DNA of 64,000 nucleotides from Acidimicrobiales bacterium. GTDB taxonomy: Bacteria > Actinomycetota > Acidimicrobiia > Acidimicrobiales > Bog-793. The notes beneath the pieces are model-generated. The model made no database searches. It saw only the letters and a program-made list of their open reading frames with translations, and was not told where the DNA came from. Position numbers and translations under genes: made by a program. The stretch covers positions 6-64,005 of the forward strand of contig DATLRJ010000020.1 in the NCBI GenBank assembly GCA_035534715.1, read 5' to 3'. Below, one piece after another: positions 48,126 through 56,623 of this stretch; positions within the stretch are counted from its first letter, which is position 1, and every line of letters starts with the position of its first letter.

Positions 48126-49181
48126 TCACCCCCGGCGGCGGAGCAGCGTCTCGTCCCCCGGGCTCAGGCGGTCCGATGCCGTGTTCGCCTGGTGCCAGTA
48201 GGGGTAGATCATGCGCGGCGCGCTCACCGCGTCGAGCCGGGCGAGCTCGTCGGGTGCGAGCGCCAAGTCGATCGCACCGAGGTTGTCGGCGAGCTGCGCC
48301 TCGGTGCGTGCGCCGACGACGACCGAGCTCACCGCCGGCTTGGCGAGCAGGTAGGCGAGCGCTGCCTGCGCGGGGGACCGGCCGTGCGCGCCGGCGACCT
48401 CGGTGAGCGCCTCGATGATGTCGTACATCCGCCCCTCGTCGTAGACGGGGGGCTCCTTCCACTGCGACGCGTTCGCGTGGCGGGCGCCCGCGGGCGCCGC
48501 CTCGCCGCGCCGGTACTTGCCCGAGAGAAGGCCGCCCGCGAGCGGGCTCCACACGAGGATGCCGAGCCCCTCGTCGACCGACAGCGGCACGAGCTCGTAC
48601 TCGGCTTCCCGGTCGAGCAGCGAGTAGTAGATCTGCTGGCTCACGTAGCGGGCGAGCCCCAGCCGCTCGGAGGTGCCGAGCGCCTTCATCACGTGCCACG
48701 CGGAGTGGTTCGAGCAGCCCACGTAGCGCACCTTGCCCTGGTGCACGAGCGTGTCGAGCGCGTCGAGCGTCTCCTCCACCGGCGTGCGACCGTCGCGCTC
48801 GTGGACCTGGTATAGGTCGATGTAGTCGGTGTTGAGCCGGCGGAGGCTCGCCTCGCAGGCGCGCACGAGGTAGCCGCGCGAGAGCCCGCCCTCGTTCGGT
48901 CCGCCGTCGAGCGCGAACCTCGCCTTCGTCGCGAGCACGACGCGGTCGCGTCGGCCCGCGAGCACCTCGCCGACGATCTCCTCGGAGCGCCCGAGCGAGT
49001 AGATGTCCGCCGTGTCGACGACGTTCACTCCCGCGTCGAGCGCCATGTCGACGATCCGCCGAGCCTCGTCCACCTCGGAGGTCCCGACCTGAGCGAAGCC
49101 GCCTCGTCCTCCGAAGCTCATGGTCCCGAGCGCGAGGCTCGAGACCATGAGCCCGCTGCTCCCGAGCTGCCGGTACTCCAC
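48126..49181 (-). CDS. Aldo/keto reductase
   Basis: MEYRQLGSSGLMVSSLALGTMSFGG, DTADIY, and GKVRYVGCSN. Confidence 0.9.
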   Translation of the reverse strand: MEYRQLGSSGLMVSSLALGTMSFGGRGGFAQVGTSEVDEARRIVDMALDAGVNVVDTADIYSLGRSEEIVGEVLAGRRDRVVLATKARFALDGGPNEGGLSRGYLVRACEASLRRLNTDYIDLYQVHERDGRTPVEETLDALDTLVHQGKVRYVGCSNHSAWHVMKALGTSERLGLARYVSQQIYYSLLDREAEYELVPLSVDEGLGILVWSPLAGGLLSGKYRRGEAAPAGARHANASQWKEPPVYDEGRMYDIIEALTEVAGAHGRSPAQAALAYLLAKPAVSSVVVGARTEAQLADNLGAIDLALAPDELARLDAVSAPRMIYPYWHQANTASDRLSPGDETLLRRRG

Positions 49182-49299
49182 TTCGTCCTCCTCGGCTCGC
49201 GGGCGCTGCGCGTCGGTCCCTCGGGACCTGCCCGTCGGACGCAGGCTACCGGACGGCCGCGATCCGGTTCCGGCGCGACCGGGTCAGAACCGGCGCGTC

Positions 49300-50430
49300 C
49301 TACGCGGTCACGTGCGCTGCGGCGTCGGGAGCGAGCCTCACCTCGAGCACGCTGTCGAGGGGCGCGAGCGGCCCGGTCGTCTCCCCGCCGACGAGCCACG
49401 CGCGGCCGCCGAGCACGACCGCGCCGGCGTCGCTCCTCGGATAGCGGAGCGTGCCGGCCGCGGCGACCGCTCCGGTCTTCGGGTTCACGCGCCACATGTG
49501 GCTCGAGAGCGCCGTTCCGGTGCGCCCCCCGAGAACGTAGATCTCGCCGCCCAGCACGACCGCGCTCGCGTGCCCGAGGGTGACCGGGAGGTGCCCGACC
49601 ACGACAGTCCGGCCGGTCCGCGGGTCGAAGCGCTGGATGTCGCTCGTCTGGCTGCTCGCGCTGTTCTGCCCCGCCCCGGTGTCGCCGCCGACGACCCACA
49701 CGTCGCCCGCGGCGGCGACGACCGCGCCGTAACGGACCGGCTGGACGAGCCGGCCGACCTGGCGGAATCGGACTCCGTCCGAGGTCTCGAGGATCGACGA
49801 CTCGAGCGCGGCGCCGTCGTAGCCGCCGACGACGTACGCCCGCCCGGCGAGCACCGTCGCAGACAGGTCCGAGCGGGGCGCCGGGAGCGAGCCGGCCGCC
49901 ACTGCGCTCGCGGCCCGAGGCGACCACGCCTGGACCGTGGCGACCGTCGAGTACGAGCCGCCGCCGAACACGAACGCGCGGTGGTCGACGAACGCGCCCG
50001 CCGCGTCGTGCACGGCGGACGAGAGGGATCCCGCACGCGTCGTCGACCCGTTCGCGACGTCGACGGTCCAGATGTCGGACGTGGACGTGTCGCCGGTCGC
50101 GAGCCCGCCGAGGATGGCGAGCCCGCTGCCGTACGGGACGACGACCGCGCGCGACACCGGGGCGCCGAGATGCCACGGAGCGAGAAGGACCGCGAGGTGC
50201 TCGGCCGGTGCGTGCGCGCCCGTCGCCGCAGTGCCGGCGCGCGTCGGGGCGGCGCGCGTCGCCGCCGTGCCGGCGCGCGTCGGGGCGGTGGGGCCGCCAC
50301 CACCGGTCGCGGCGCGCACGCCGAACGCGACCACCACGGCGGTGCCGAGAAGCGCGACCCAGCGTCGCACGAGCACGCCCGTCGGAGGGCGCCGGCGAGC
50401 ACGTGACGGCCCACGTCCGTGGTCAACCAT
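49300..50430 (-). CDS. Secreted Kelch-repeat (beta-propeller) protein
   Basis: N-terminal signal/TM, then repeated ...A..LGGR.YV.GG... blades (GRAYVVGGYDG, GEIYVLGGRTG, GRAWLVGGE). Confidence 0.8.
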   Translation of the reverse strand: MVDHGRGPSRARRRPPTGVLVRRWVALLGTAVVVAFGVRAATGGGGPTAPTRAGTAATRAAPTRAGTAATGAHAPAEHLAVLLAPWHLGAPVSRAVVVPYGSGLAILGGLATGDTSTSDIWTVDVANGSTTRAGSLSSAVHDAAGAFVDHRAFVFGGGSYSTVATVQAWSPRAASAVAAGSLPAPRSDLSATVLAGRAYVVGGYDGAALESSILETSDGVRFRQVGRLVQPVRYGAVVAAAGDVWVVGGDTGAGQNSASSQTSDIQRFDPRTGRTVVVGHLPVTLGHASAVVLGGEIYVLGGRTGTALSSHMWRVNPKTGAVAAAGTLRYPRSDAGAVVLGGRAWLVGGETTGPLAPLDSVLEVRLAPDAAAHVTA

Positions 50431-50867
50431 CGCCCCGACGACCTCCCGTGTGCGCGCCCGCCGTCGCGGCGGCCGTGCCGGAGCACAGTGCCCCAGACGC
50501 CCTGGAGTGTAGGGACCCGGCGACTGCGAGCGAGGGCGCGCCGGCGGCCGCGGCCTGCCGGGGCGCGCACGCGACGCTCCCGGCCGCAGTCGGCGCGGCG
50601 TCCCGCCGTTATGCCGTTGTTATCGCCGGCCGCGTATACGTGGCCCGTGAGGTGGAGCGTGGTGCGCGGGCCCGACGGGTCGGTCGACGGCGTGCGCCGT
50701 CACCTGGCGCCAGGTCCCGTTCCCGTGTGCCGGCTCCGCCCCGTCGCGTCGCGACCGCCGCGGCCCCATCGCCGCGGCGGTCGCCGGGTCTACGCATGTT
50801 GGTGAGCATTCAGATGGCGAGCGCCTCGGCCCGCGCCGCGGTGCGCCCGGACGACGGGGGTGGTGCG

Positions 50868-51299
50868 ATGGCGCTCGAGACACCGACCGCGGACCCACGA
50901 GCGACGCGCACGTCGCGGCCGCGCGCCCGGACGCTCACGATCCTGGCGGCGCTCGGTGGCATCGCCTCGCTCGCGGCCGCGTGCGGCGGAGGGCCGGCGG
51001 CCGGCGTCGCGAGCCTCGGGTCGACGACGACGACCACGACAACGAGCGCGCCCGCGGCGAGCGGCTCGAAGGCCGGCACGCTGTACGAAGCGGCCGTGAG
51101 GTTCGCCTCGTGCATGCGTTCGCACGGCGTCGCGATCCTCCCGGAACCGTCGGTCTCGAGCAGCGGGAACGGCGTGAAGATCCAGATCGACGCAGGCGCG
51201 TCAGGAGTCGACCCGGCGTCGAGGGAGTTCGCGGCCGCGAGCGCGTCGTGCCGCAAGTACCTCCCTGCCGGTAACTGTTCACGTCCCCCGACGGCTTGA
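50868..51299 (+). CDS. Lipoprotein gene whose 3' end runs into the IS (probably truncated)
   Basis: Lipobox LAAAC|GG after a basic n-region, then a poly-Thr linker. The last 9 codons and the stop are supplied by the IS terminal repeat. Alternative start ATG 50796. Confidence 0.55.
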   Translation: MALETPTADPRATRTSRPRARTLTILAALGGIASLAAACGGGPAAGVASLGSTTTTTTTSAPAASGSKAGTLYEAAVRFASCMRSHGVAILPEPSVSSSGNGVKIQIDAGASGVDPASREFAAASASCRKYLPAGNCSRPPTA

Positions 51300-52859
51300 G
51301 GAAGCCCAGCTATAGCCGGTCAGGTCCGGCCGGCTGCGTCTGGGAGCCAGAGCTCGCCGACAAACAGCTGCTGCGGCCCGGCGAGGACGTCGTGCTGCTG
51401 CTTCTTCATGGTCGAGATGTAGCTCCGGATCGCGCAGTAGGTCCGCGCGCCGTCGAGGGTCCGCCAGCACCCGGAGATCTTCTGCTGGAGCTTCACGAGG
51501 CGGATGTCGCGCTCGGCTTGGTTGTTCGACCAGCCCACGTTGAGGTCGGTCGTGGAGCGCAGCACGTCGTCGGCGTAGGCCTCGAGGCGAGCGAGCAGAT
51601 TGTGGGCGTCCTTGTCGATGCCGTGGCGCGTGCCGGGGACGACGGTGGGGTTGACCGCTCGGCCCTTCTCAACAAGCGCGTCGTAGGCGCGACGAAGCCG
51701 TCGGATCGTCGCTCGAGAGAGGTGATCCTTGCCGTCGGCCCTGACCTTGTCGACGACGTCGTTGGCCTCGTGGAGGAGATCGATCATCTCGCGGGCCCAT
51801 TCCTGGTGCGCTGCTGCTGCGATCGCCTCGAGCTCGCGGACGTGATGCGCATTGCATAATCCGTGCACGACGTCGTAGGTGCGATAGGGCTTCCAGCCGT
51901 CGTGGATCGCGACGCCTTGCATCGTTGCCATCACGCCGATCGCGTCGATCGCCTTGGTTCCCCGTCGCTTGTGGCAATCGAGCAGGGTGAGCAGCGTCGT
52001 CGATGCGACGTGCACCCAGTGCAGCGAGCCTTCCACCCGGGCGCCGGTCTCGTCGAAGTGGACCGCCGGAGCCTGTCTCAGGAGGTCCTTCACGACCGAG
52101 AGGAACACCCCGAGCCGACCGCCGCCGTCCATGACCATCTGGGCGAGCGCGCCGACGGAGATCTCGATGCCGAGCAGGTCACAGAACAGCTCGGCCATGC
52201 GCTCATAGGGCAGGTGCTGGTAGACCGCCAGGCAGCAGGCAAGGGCGCGGACCCGGGGCCCGTAGCAGCCAGGGGCTGTCGCCTCGGGCGGGGGGACCGC
52301 CTTCGCGCTCACGCCACAGCGGCACCTCCGGCGCTCGAGGCGATGCTCGGTGACCTGAGGCCGGACCTGTGGGGTGTCCGAAGACCTGACGGATCTCGAC
52401 GTCGACGAGCTCACCGTCGGCAAGATCTGCACCGCAGCCCACACAGACGCCCGGACCGTGCACGATGACCTCGTCGGGCTCGGCGACCTGGGCGAGGTGC
52501 CTTCCCTCCGCGCCCGGCTGCTTTCCCGGCTTGCGATTCGCGCCACGGCGCTCGGCGCGGTTCTGGACGGGCGGGTTTGAAAGGCCCTCGGCAGAAGGCG
52601 GCATCGAGGAGTTGCGCCGGTTGCGACCGATGCGGCGCTCGAGCTCCGCCAGGCGAGCTTCGAGCTCAGCGATGAGGGACTGCTGGGTCGCAACGAGCTC
52701 CTCGAGCACGGCGTTGCGTTCCTTCAGCTCCTCATAGGTCGGCTCGCTGCTGCCTCCCGGCTGCTCTGGCACGCCCGCAAGTCAAGCAACATCCGTGCGA
52801 TTTCGCGAACGCGCTGGTCACAGACCCGCCCGATGACATCCGGGGACGTGAACAGTTAC
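51271..52859 (-). mobile_element. IS66-family insertion sequence, single-ORF type
   Basis: Perfect 18-bp terminal inverted repeats GTAACTGTTCACGTCCCC (51271-51288 and the reverse complement at 52842-52859), beginning with the GTAA typical of IS66. They enclose an IS66-type transposase. Confidence 0.85.
51320..52772 (-). pseudogene. IS66-family transposase interrupted by a 1-nt frameshift
   Basis: The N-terminal ORF (leucine-zipper LEELVATQQSLIAELEARLAELERR, zinc-finger CVGCG) ends in-frame as VDVEIRQVF. The sequence continues as DTPQVRPQVTEH...CRCG...DDE region in another frame. The junction is near 52380. Confidence 0.8.
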
Positions 52860-52860
52860 C

Positions 52861-53025
52861 GGCCTCGGTCTCTCGATCGTCTCCGCCGTCGCCGAGGCGC
52901 ACGACGGCAGCCTGCGCCTCGACTCGCGCGACGGCGGCGGCCTCCGGGTGACGATCGAGCTTCCGCTCGCGGCGGCGGTCGCGGAGGCGGTCGCGCCCGG
53001 CACCGGCGGCGGCGCGCAGCCATGA
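52861..53025 (+). pseudogene. 3' stub of a sensor histidine kinase (HATPase_c C-terminus)
   Basis: Reads GLGLSIVSAVAEAHDGSLRLDSRDGGGLRVTIELP immediately after the IS end. Its TGA overlaps the ATG of the response regulator (ATGA). Confidence 0.7.
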
Positions 53026-53696
53026 GGGTTCTCGTCGTCGAGGACTCGACGCGCCTCGCCGAGGTCATCGCCGAGGGCCTACGCGACCAGGGAATGGCCG
53101 TGGACGTCGCGCACGACGGCCACGACGCGGCGGCGAAGATCGACCTGAACGAGTACCACGTCGTCGTGCTCGACCGGGACCTGCCCGGCATCCACGACGA
53201 CACGCTCTGCCGCTCGATCACCGAGCGCGAGCAACGGGCGATGGTCCTCATGCTCACCGCGGCGGGGACGCCCGACGACCGCGTGAGCGGCCTCGGGCTC
53301 GGCGCCGACGACTACCTCGCGAAGCCGTTCCACTTCCCCGAGCTCGTGCTGAGGGTGCACGCGCTCGCGCGGCGCCAGCCGAGCGCTCGCCCGAACGTGC
53401 TGCGCGCCGCGGGCATCGAGCTCGATCCGCTCGCGCACCGGGTCTCGCGCGACGGCCGGCCGGTCCAGCTCTCCGCGAAGGAGTTCGGCGTGCTCGAGGC
53501 GCTCATGCGCACGAGCCGCGCCGTGCTGAGCGCCGAAGCCCTACTCGAGCAGGTCTGGGACGAGCACGCCGACCCGTTCACGAACGCCGTGCTCGTCACG
53601 GTCAGCCGCCTCAGGCGCAAGCTCGGCGATCCCCCGGTCATCGAGACGGTCGCGAACGTCGGGTACCGGATGACCGAGGAGCCGGGCGCTCCCTGA
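53022..53696 (+). CDS. OmpR-family response regulator
   Basis: Receiver MRVLVVEDS...VVVLDRDLPG. Winged-helix LSAKEFGVLEALM...VSRLRRKLG...IETVANVGYRM. Confidence 0.9.
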   Translation: MRVLVVEDSTRLAEVIAEGLRDQGMAVDVAHDGHDAAAKIDLNEYHVVVLDRDLPGIHDDTLCRSITEREQRAMVLMLTAAGTPDDRVSGLGLGADDYLAKPFHFPELVLRVHALARRQPSARPNVLRAAGIELDPLAHRVSRDGRPVQLSAKEFGVLEALMRTSRAVLSAEALLEQVWDEHADPFTNAVLVTVSRLRRKLGDPPVIETVANVGYRMTEEPGAP

Positions 53697-53762
53697 CGAT
53701 CGCGACCGTCGCGACGTCCGCCACGATCGCGCGTGGGACGGCGCCGCCCGGCCGCGGACCGG

Positions 53763-53791
53763 TTGACTGCGGCGCAGGGCGGGAGTAGAAG
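53763..53791 (+). promoter_or_regulatory. Candidate promoter of the LacI-family gene / sugar ABC operon
   Basis: TTGACT (53763-68), 17-nt spacer, TAGAAG (53786-91). Confidence 0.35.
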
Positions 53792-53796
53792 TAGCG

Positions 53797-53812
53797 GTGG
53801 AAGCGATTCCAC
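53797..53812. promoter_or_regulatory. LacI-family operator-like palindrome
   Basis: GTGGAAGCGATTCCAC. The outer 6+6 bp are perfectly palindromic around a CG centre. It sits just downstream of the candidate -10 and about 50 bp before the regulator start. Confidence 0.5.
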
Positions 53813-53860
53813 AGGTGCGGGTGCCGGGGGGCACGTGCCGGGCGGTGTCGTGGGGGGTCG

Positions 53861-55024
53861 GTGAACGTGGCGCGAAGCGTCAACATCGGCGAGGTCGCAC
53901 GCGCCGCCGGCGTCGGCACGGGGACCGTGTCGCGGGTGTTGAACGGCAGCGCGAGCGTGAGCGCGACGACACGGGCGCGGGTGCTCGCCGTGATCACCGC
54001 CCTCGGCTACCGACCGAGCCACCTCGCGGCGAGCCTCTCGAGGGGGAGCCCGCGCACGATCGCCATCGTCGTGCCGTACCTGACCCGTCCTTCGGTCGTC
54101 GTGCGTCTCGCCGGTGCGATGACCGTGTTCGACGCCGAGGGGTACGACACGGTCGTGTTCAACGTCGAGACCGTTGAGCAGCGCGACCGCCACCTCGAGT
54201 CGCTGACCGCGCGGCACCGCGCCGACGGCGTCCTCATCGTCTCGGCGCCGGTCCCTCGGACCCAGCTCGCCGCGCTCGGCGGCGCGGGCATACCGCTCGT
54301 CATGATCGACTCGGAGGCACCCGGCGTGAACCGGATCGTCGCCGACGACGCCGCGGGCGGGCGGATCGCGACCTCGCTCCTTCTCGATCTCGGCCACCGG
54401 CGGATCGGCTTCATCGGCGACGTCGGGCACGAGGGAGTCGGCAACCGGTCCGCCCGCAACCGGCTCGCCGGCTACCGGTCCGCGCTCGACGGGGCGGGCG
54501 TCGACTACGACCGGTCACTCGTGCGCAACGGCCCGCACGGCGCGCACTCGGCGGAGCTCCTCGCGGAAGGCCTGCTCCGGCGGCCGTCTCCTCCGAGCGC
54601 GGTCTTCGCGGCGTCGGACACCCAGGCGATCGGCGTGCTCGGTGCCGCCGACCGGCTCGGCGTCGCGGTCCCGGACGAGCTGTCCGTCGTCGGTTACGAC
54701 GACATCGACGCCGCCGCGCTGCTCGGCCTCACGACGGTGCGCCAGCCGCTCGAGCGATCCGGGACGCTCGGCGCGGACCGGCTGTGCGCGCTCGTTCGCG
54801 GCGAGGTCGTGCGCCCCGTCCGCCAGCGGCTGCCGCTCGAGGTGGTCACTCGCGCGAGCACCGCACGGCCGCACGCGCGGCCGCACGCGCGGCGCGCGGG
54901 CGCGGTCCTCGCGACGAGGACCTCGAGCCAGGAAAGGAGGGCCAGGGGGGGAAGGGCAGCAATCGCCGGGACCGTACCGGCACTCGCCCGATCGGGCGGC
55001 GACAGTCACCTCGCGCCGACATGA
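53861..55024 (+). CDS. LacI-family transcriptional regulator
   Basis: NIGEVARAAGVGTGTVSRVLNG HTH and a periplasmic-binding-protein-like core (AVFAASDTQAIGVL, VVGYDD). Confidence 0.9.
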   Translation: MNVARSVNIGEVARAAGVGTGTVSRVLNGSASVSATTRARVLAVITALGYRPSHLAASLSRGSPRTIAIVVPYLTRPSVVVRLAGAMTVFDAEGYDTVVFNVETVEQRDRHLESLTARHRADGVLIVSAPVPRTQLAALGGAGIPLVMIDSEAPGVNRIVADDAAGGRIATSLLLDLGHRRIGFIGDVGHEGVGNRSARNRLAGYRSALDGAGVDYDRSLVRNGPHGAHSAELLAEGLLRRPSPPSAVFAASDTQAIGVLGAADRLGVAVPDELSVVGYDDIDAAALLGLTTVRQPLERSGTLGADRLCALVRGEVVRPVRQRLPLEVVTRASTARPHARPHARRAGAVLATRTSSQERRARGGRAAIAGTVPALARSGGDSHLAPT

Positions 55025-55114
55025 GCCACGCGGCCATGAGCGACGCGTCGGTCCACCCGGAACGTCGGGTCCTGTAGCCACTCGTCGGGACGTCTCAGCT
55101 AAGGAGCTACGCGT

Positions 55115-56548
55115 ATGAATGGACGGGAAACCCATCGCAGCACGCTTCGCACGAGGATCGGGACCGCCGGCGCAGCGGCGGCCGCTGCGCTCACGTCGGT
55201 GACGGTGGTCGCCGGCCTCCTCGGCGGCGTCTCGTCGGCCTCGAGCGTGCCACCGGCCGCGCGCTCCGCACCCCACAAGATCGGCGGCTCGGTCTCGGTG
55301 TGGGGGGAGTGGACGAGCACGGAGCAGACCGCGTTCGAGGCCGCGCTCAAGCCGTTCGAGAAGTCGACCGGGATCACGGTCAACTACTCCGGCAAGGGGA
55401 GCAACATGGACACGGCGCTCGAAGCGGCGGTGTCCGGGGGCAAGCCTCCCGCGGTCGCCTTCGTCCCCGATCCGGGCACGCTCCGGGTACTCGCGGGCCA
55501 GGGCAAGGTCCAGAACCTCGGTCCGGTGATCGGGTCGCTCAAGAACAACTACGGGGACGCCTGGAACGAGCTCGCCTCGGTGAACGGCAAGCTCTACGGC
55601 GTGTGGTTCAAGGCCGCCAACAAGAACACGGTGTGGTACAACCCGGCGCTGTTCAAGGAGGCAGGGATCTCCTCCACGCCGACCACGTGGCAGGGGATGC
55701 TCGCGGACGCGGCGGAGCTGCGCGCCGCCGGCGTCACCCCGTTCTCGTTGTGCACGGACATCGGCTGGCCAGTGGCGGACCTCTGGCAGAACGTCTACTT
55801 GAAGACCGCAGGGGCCAGGAACTACAACCTGCTCGCAACCGGCAAGATCCCGTGGACCGACTCGACCGTCACACGAGCGTTCAACGTCCTGCGCGGCCTC
55901 GTCGGCACGCCGTCGTTCCTGTTCGGCGGCACGCAGGGGTCGCTCGCGAACAAGTACCCCGACTGCGTCGACAAGGTGTTCCCGAAGGCAGGGACGATGC
56001 CGCAGGCGGCGATGGTGATCGAGGCCGACTTCGTGACCTCGGAGATCACGGGGAACTCGCCGAACTACAACGCGGGGACCAAGGGCAAGGGCGGGGCCGC
56101 GTGCACGGCCAACCCCGCGCAGACGCCCTGCTACGACTTCTTCCCGTTCCCGGCCCCGAAGGGGTTCTCGGTGAACAGCGGCGCGCTGCAAGGTGCCGGT
56201 GACGTCGGGATGATGCTCACCGCGACACGACAGGCGAAGGCGCTGATGAAGTACATCGCGACGGCCCAGCCCGGCGAGATCTGGGCGCACCTGGGCGGCT
56301 TCACGTCGCCGAACAAGAAGGTGCCGCTCAGCGCCTACCCCGACGCGGTGACCCGCGCGGACGCGCAGGAGCTCACGACGGCCACGAGCTTCGTGTTCAG
56401 CCTCGACGACCTCCAGGGGACCTGGGAGCCGCAGATGTGGCAGGACATGTTGAACTTCGTGAAGACGCCTACTGCGGCGAACGTCACCTCGATCGAGAAG
56501 ACGATGCAGTCGCAGGCGACCGCGGCACGGGCGAAGTCCGGAAAGTAG
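55115..56548 (+). CDS. Sugar ABC transporter substrate-binding protein (family 1)
   Basis: Signal peptide, then VSVWGEWTSTEQTAFEAALKPFEKSTGITVNYSG. AAGGAG SD 8 nt upstream. Confidence 0.9.
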   Translation: MNGRETHRSTLRTRIGTAGAAAAAALTSVTVVAGLLGGVSSASSVPPAARSAPHKIGGSVSVWGEWTSTEQTAFEAALKPFEKSTGITVNYSGKGSNMDTALEAAVSGGKPPAVAFVPDPGTLRVLAGQGKVQNLGPVIGSLKNNYGDAWNELASVNGKLYGVWFKAANKNTVWYNPALFKEAGISSTPTTWQGMLADAAELRAAGVTPFSLCTDIGWPVADLWQNVYLKTAGARNYNLLATGKIPWTDSTVTRAFNVLRGLVGTPSFLFGGTQGSLANKYPDCVDKVFPKAGTMPQAAMVIEADFVTSEITGNSPNYNAGTKGKGGAACTANPAQTPCYDFFPFPAPKGFSVNSGALQGAGDVGMMLTATRQAKALMKYIATAQPGEIWAHLGGFTSPNKKVPLSAYPDAVTRADAQELTTATSFVFSLDDLQGTWEPQMWQDMLNFVKTPTAANVTSIEKTMQSQATAARAKSGK

Positions 56549-56565
56549 TAGCCACGTGACTTGAC

Positions 56566-56601
56566 GCAAGGGTGCGGGCGGTTCGCCGTCCGCACCCTTG
56601 C
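56566..56601 (+). other. Intercistronic 16-bp stem hairpin with UUCG tetraloop
   Basis: gcaagggtgcgggcgg-ttcg-ccgtccgcacccttgc with one G.U pair. Located 18 nt after the SBP stop and 22 nt before the permease ATG. No U-tract. Confidence 0.6.
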
Positions 56602-56623
56602 CACCTCGGAAGGACGCGGGCGC

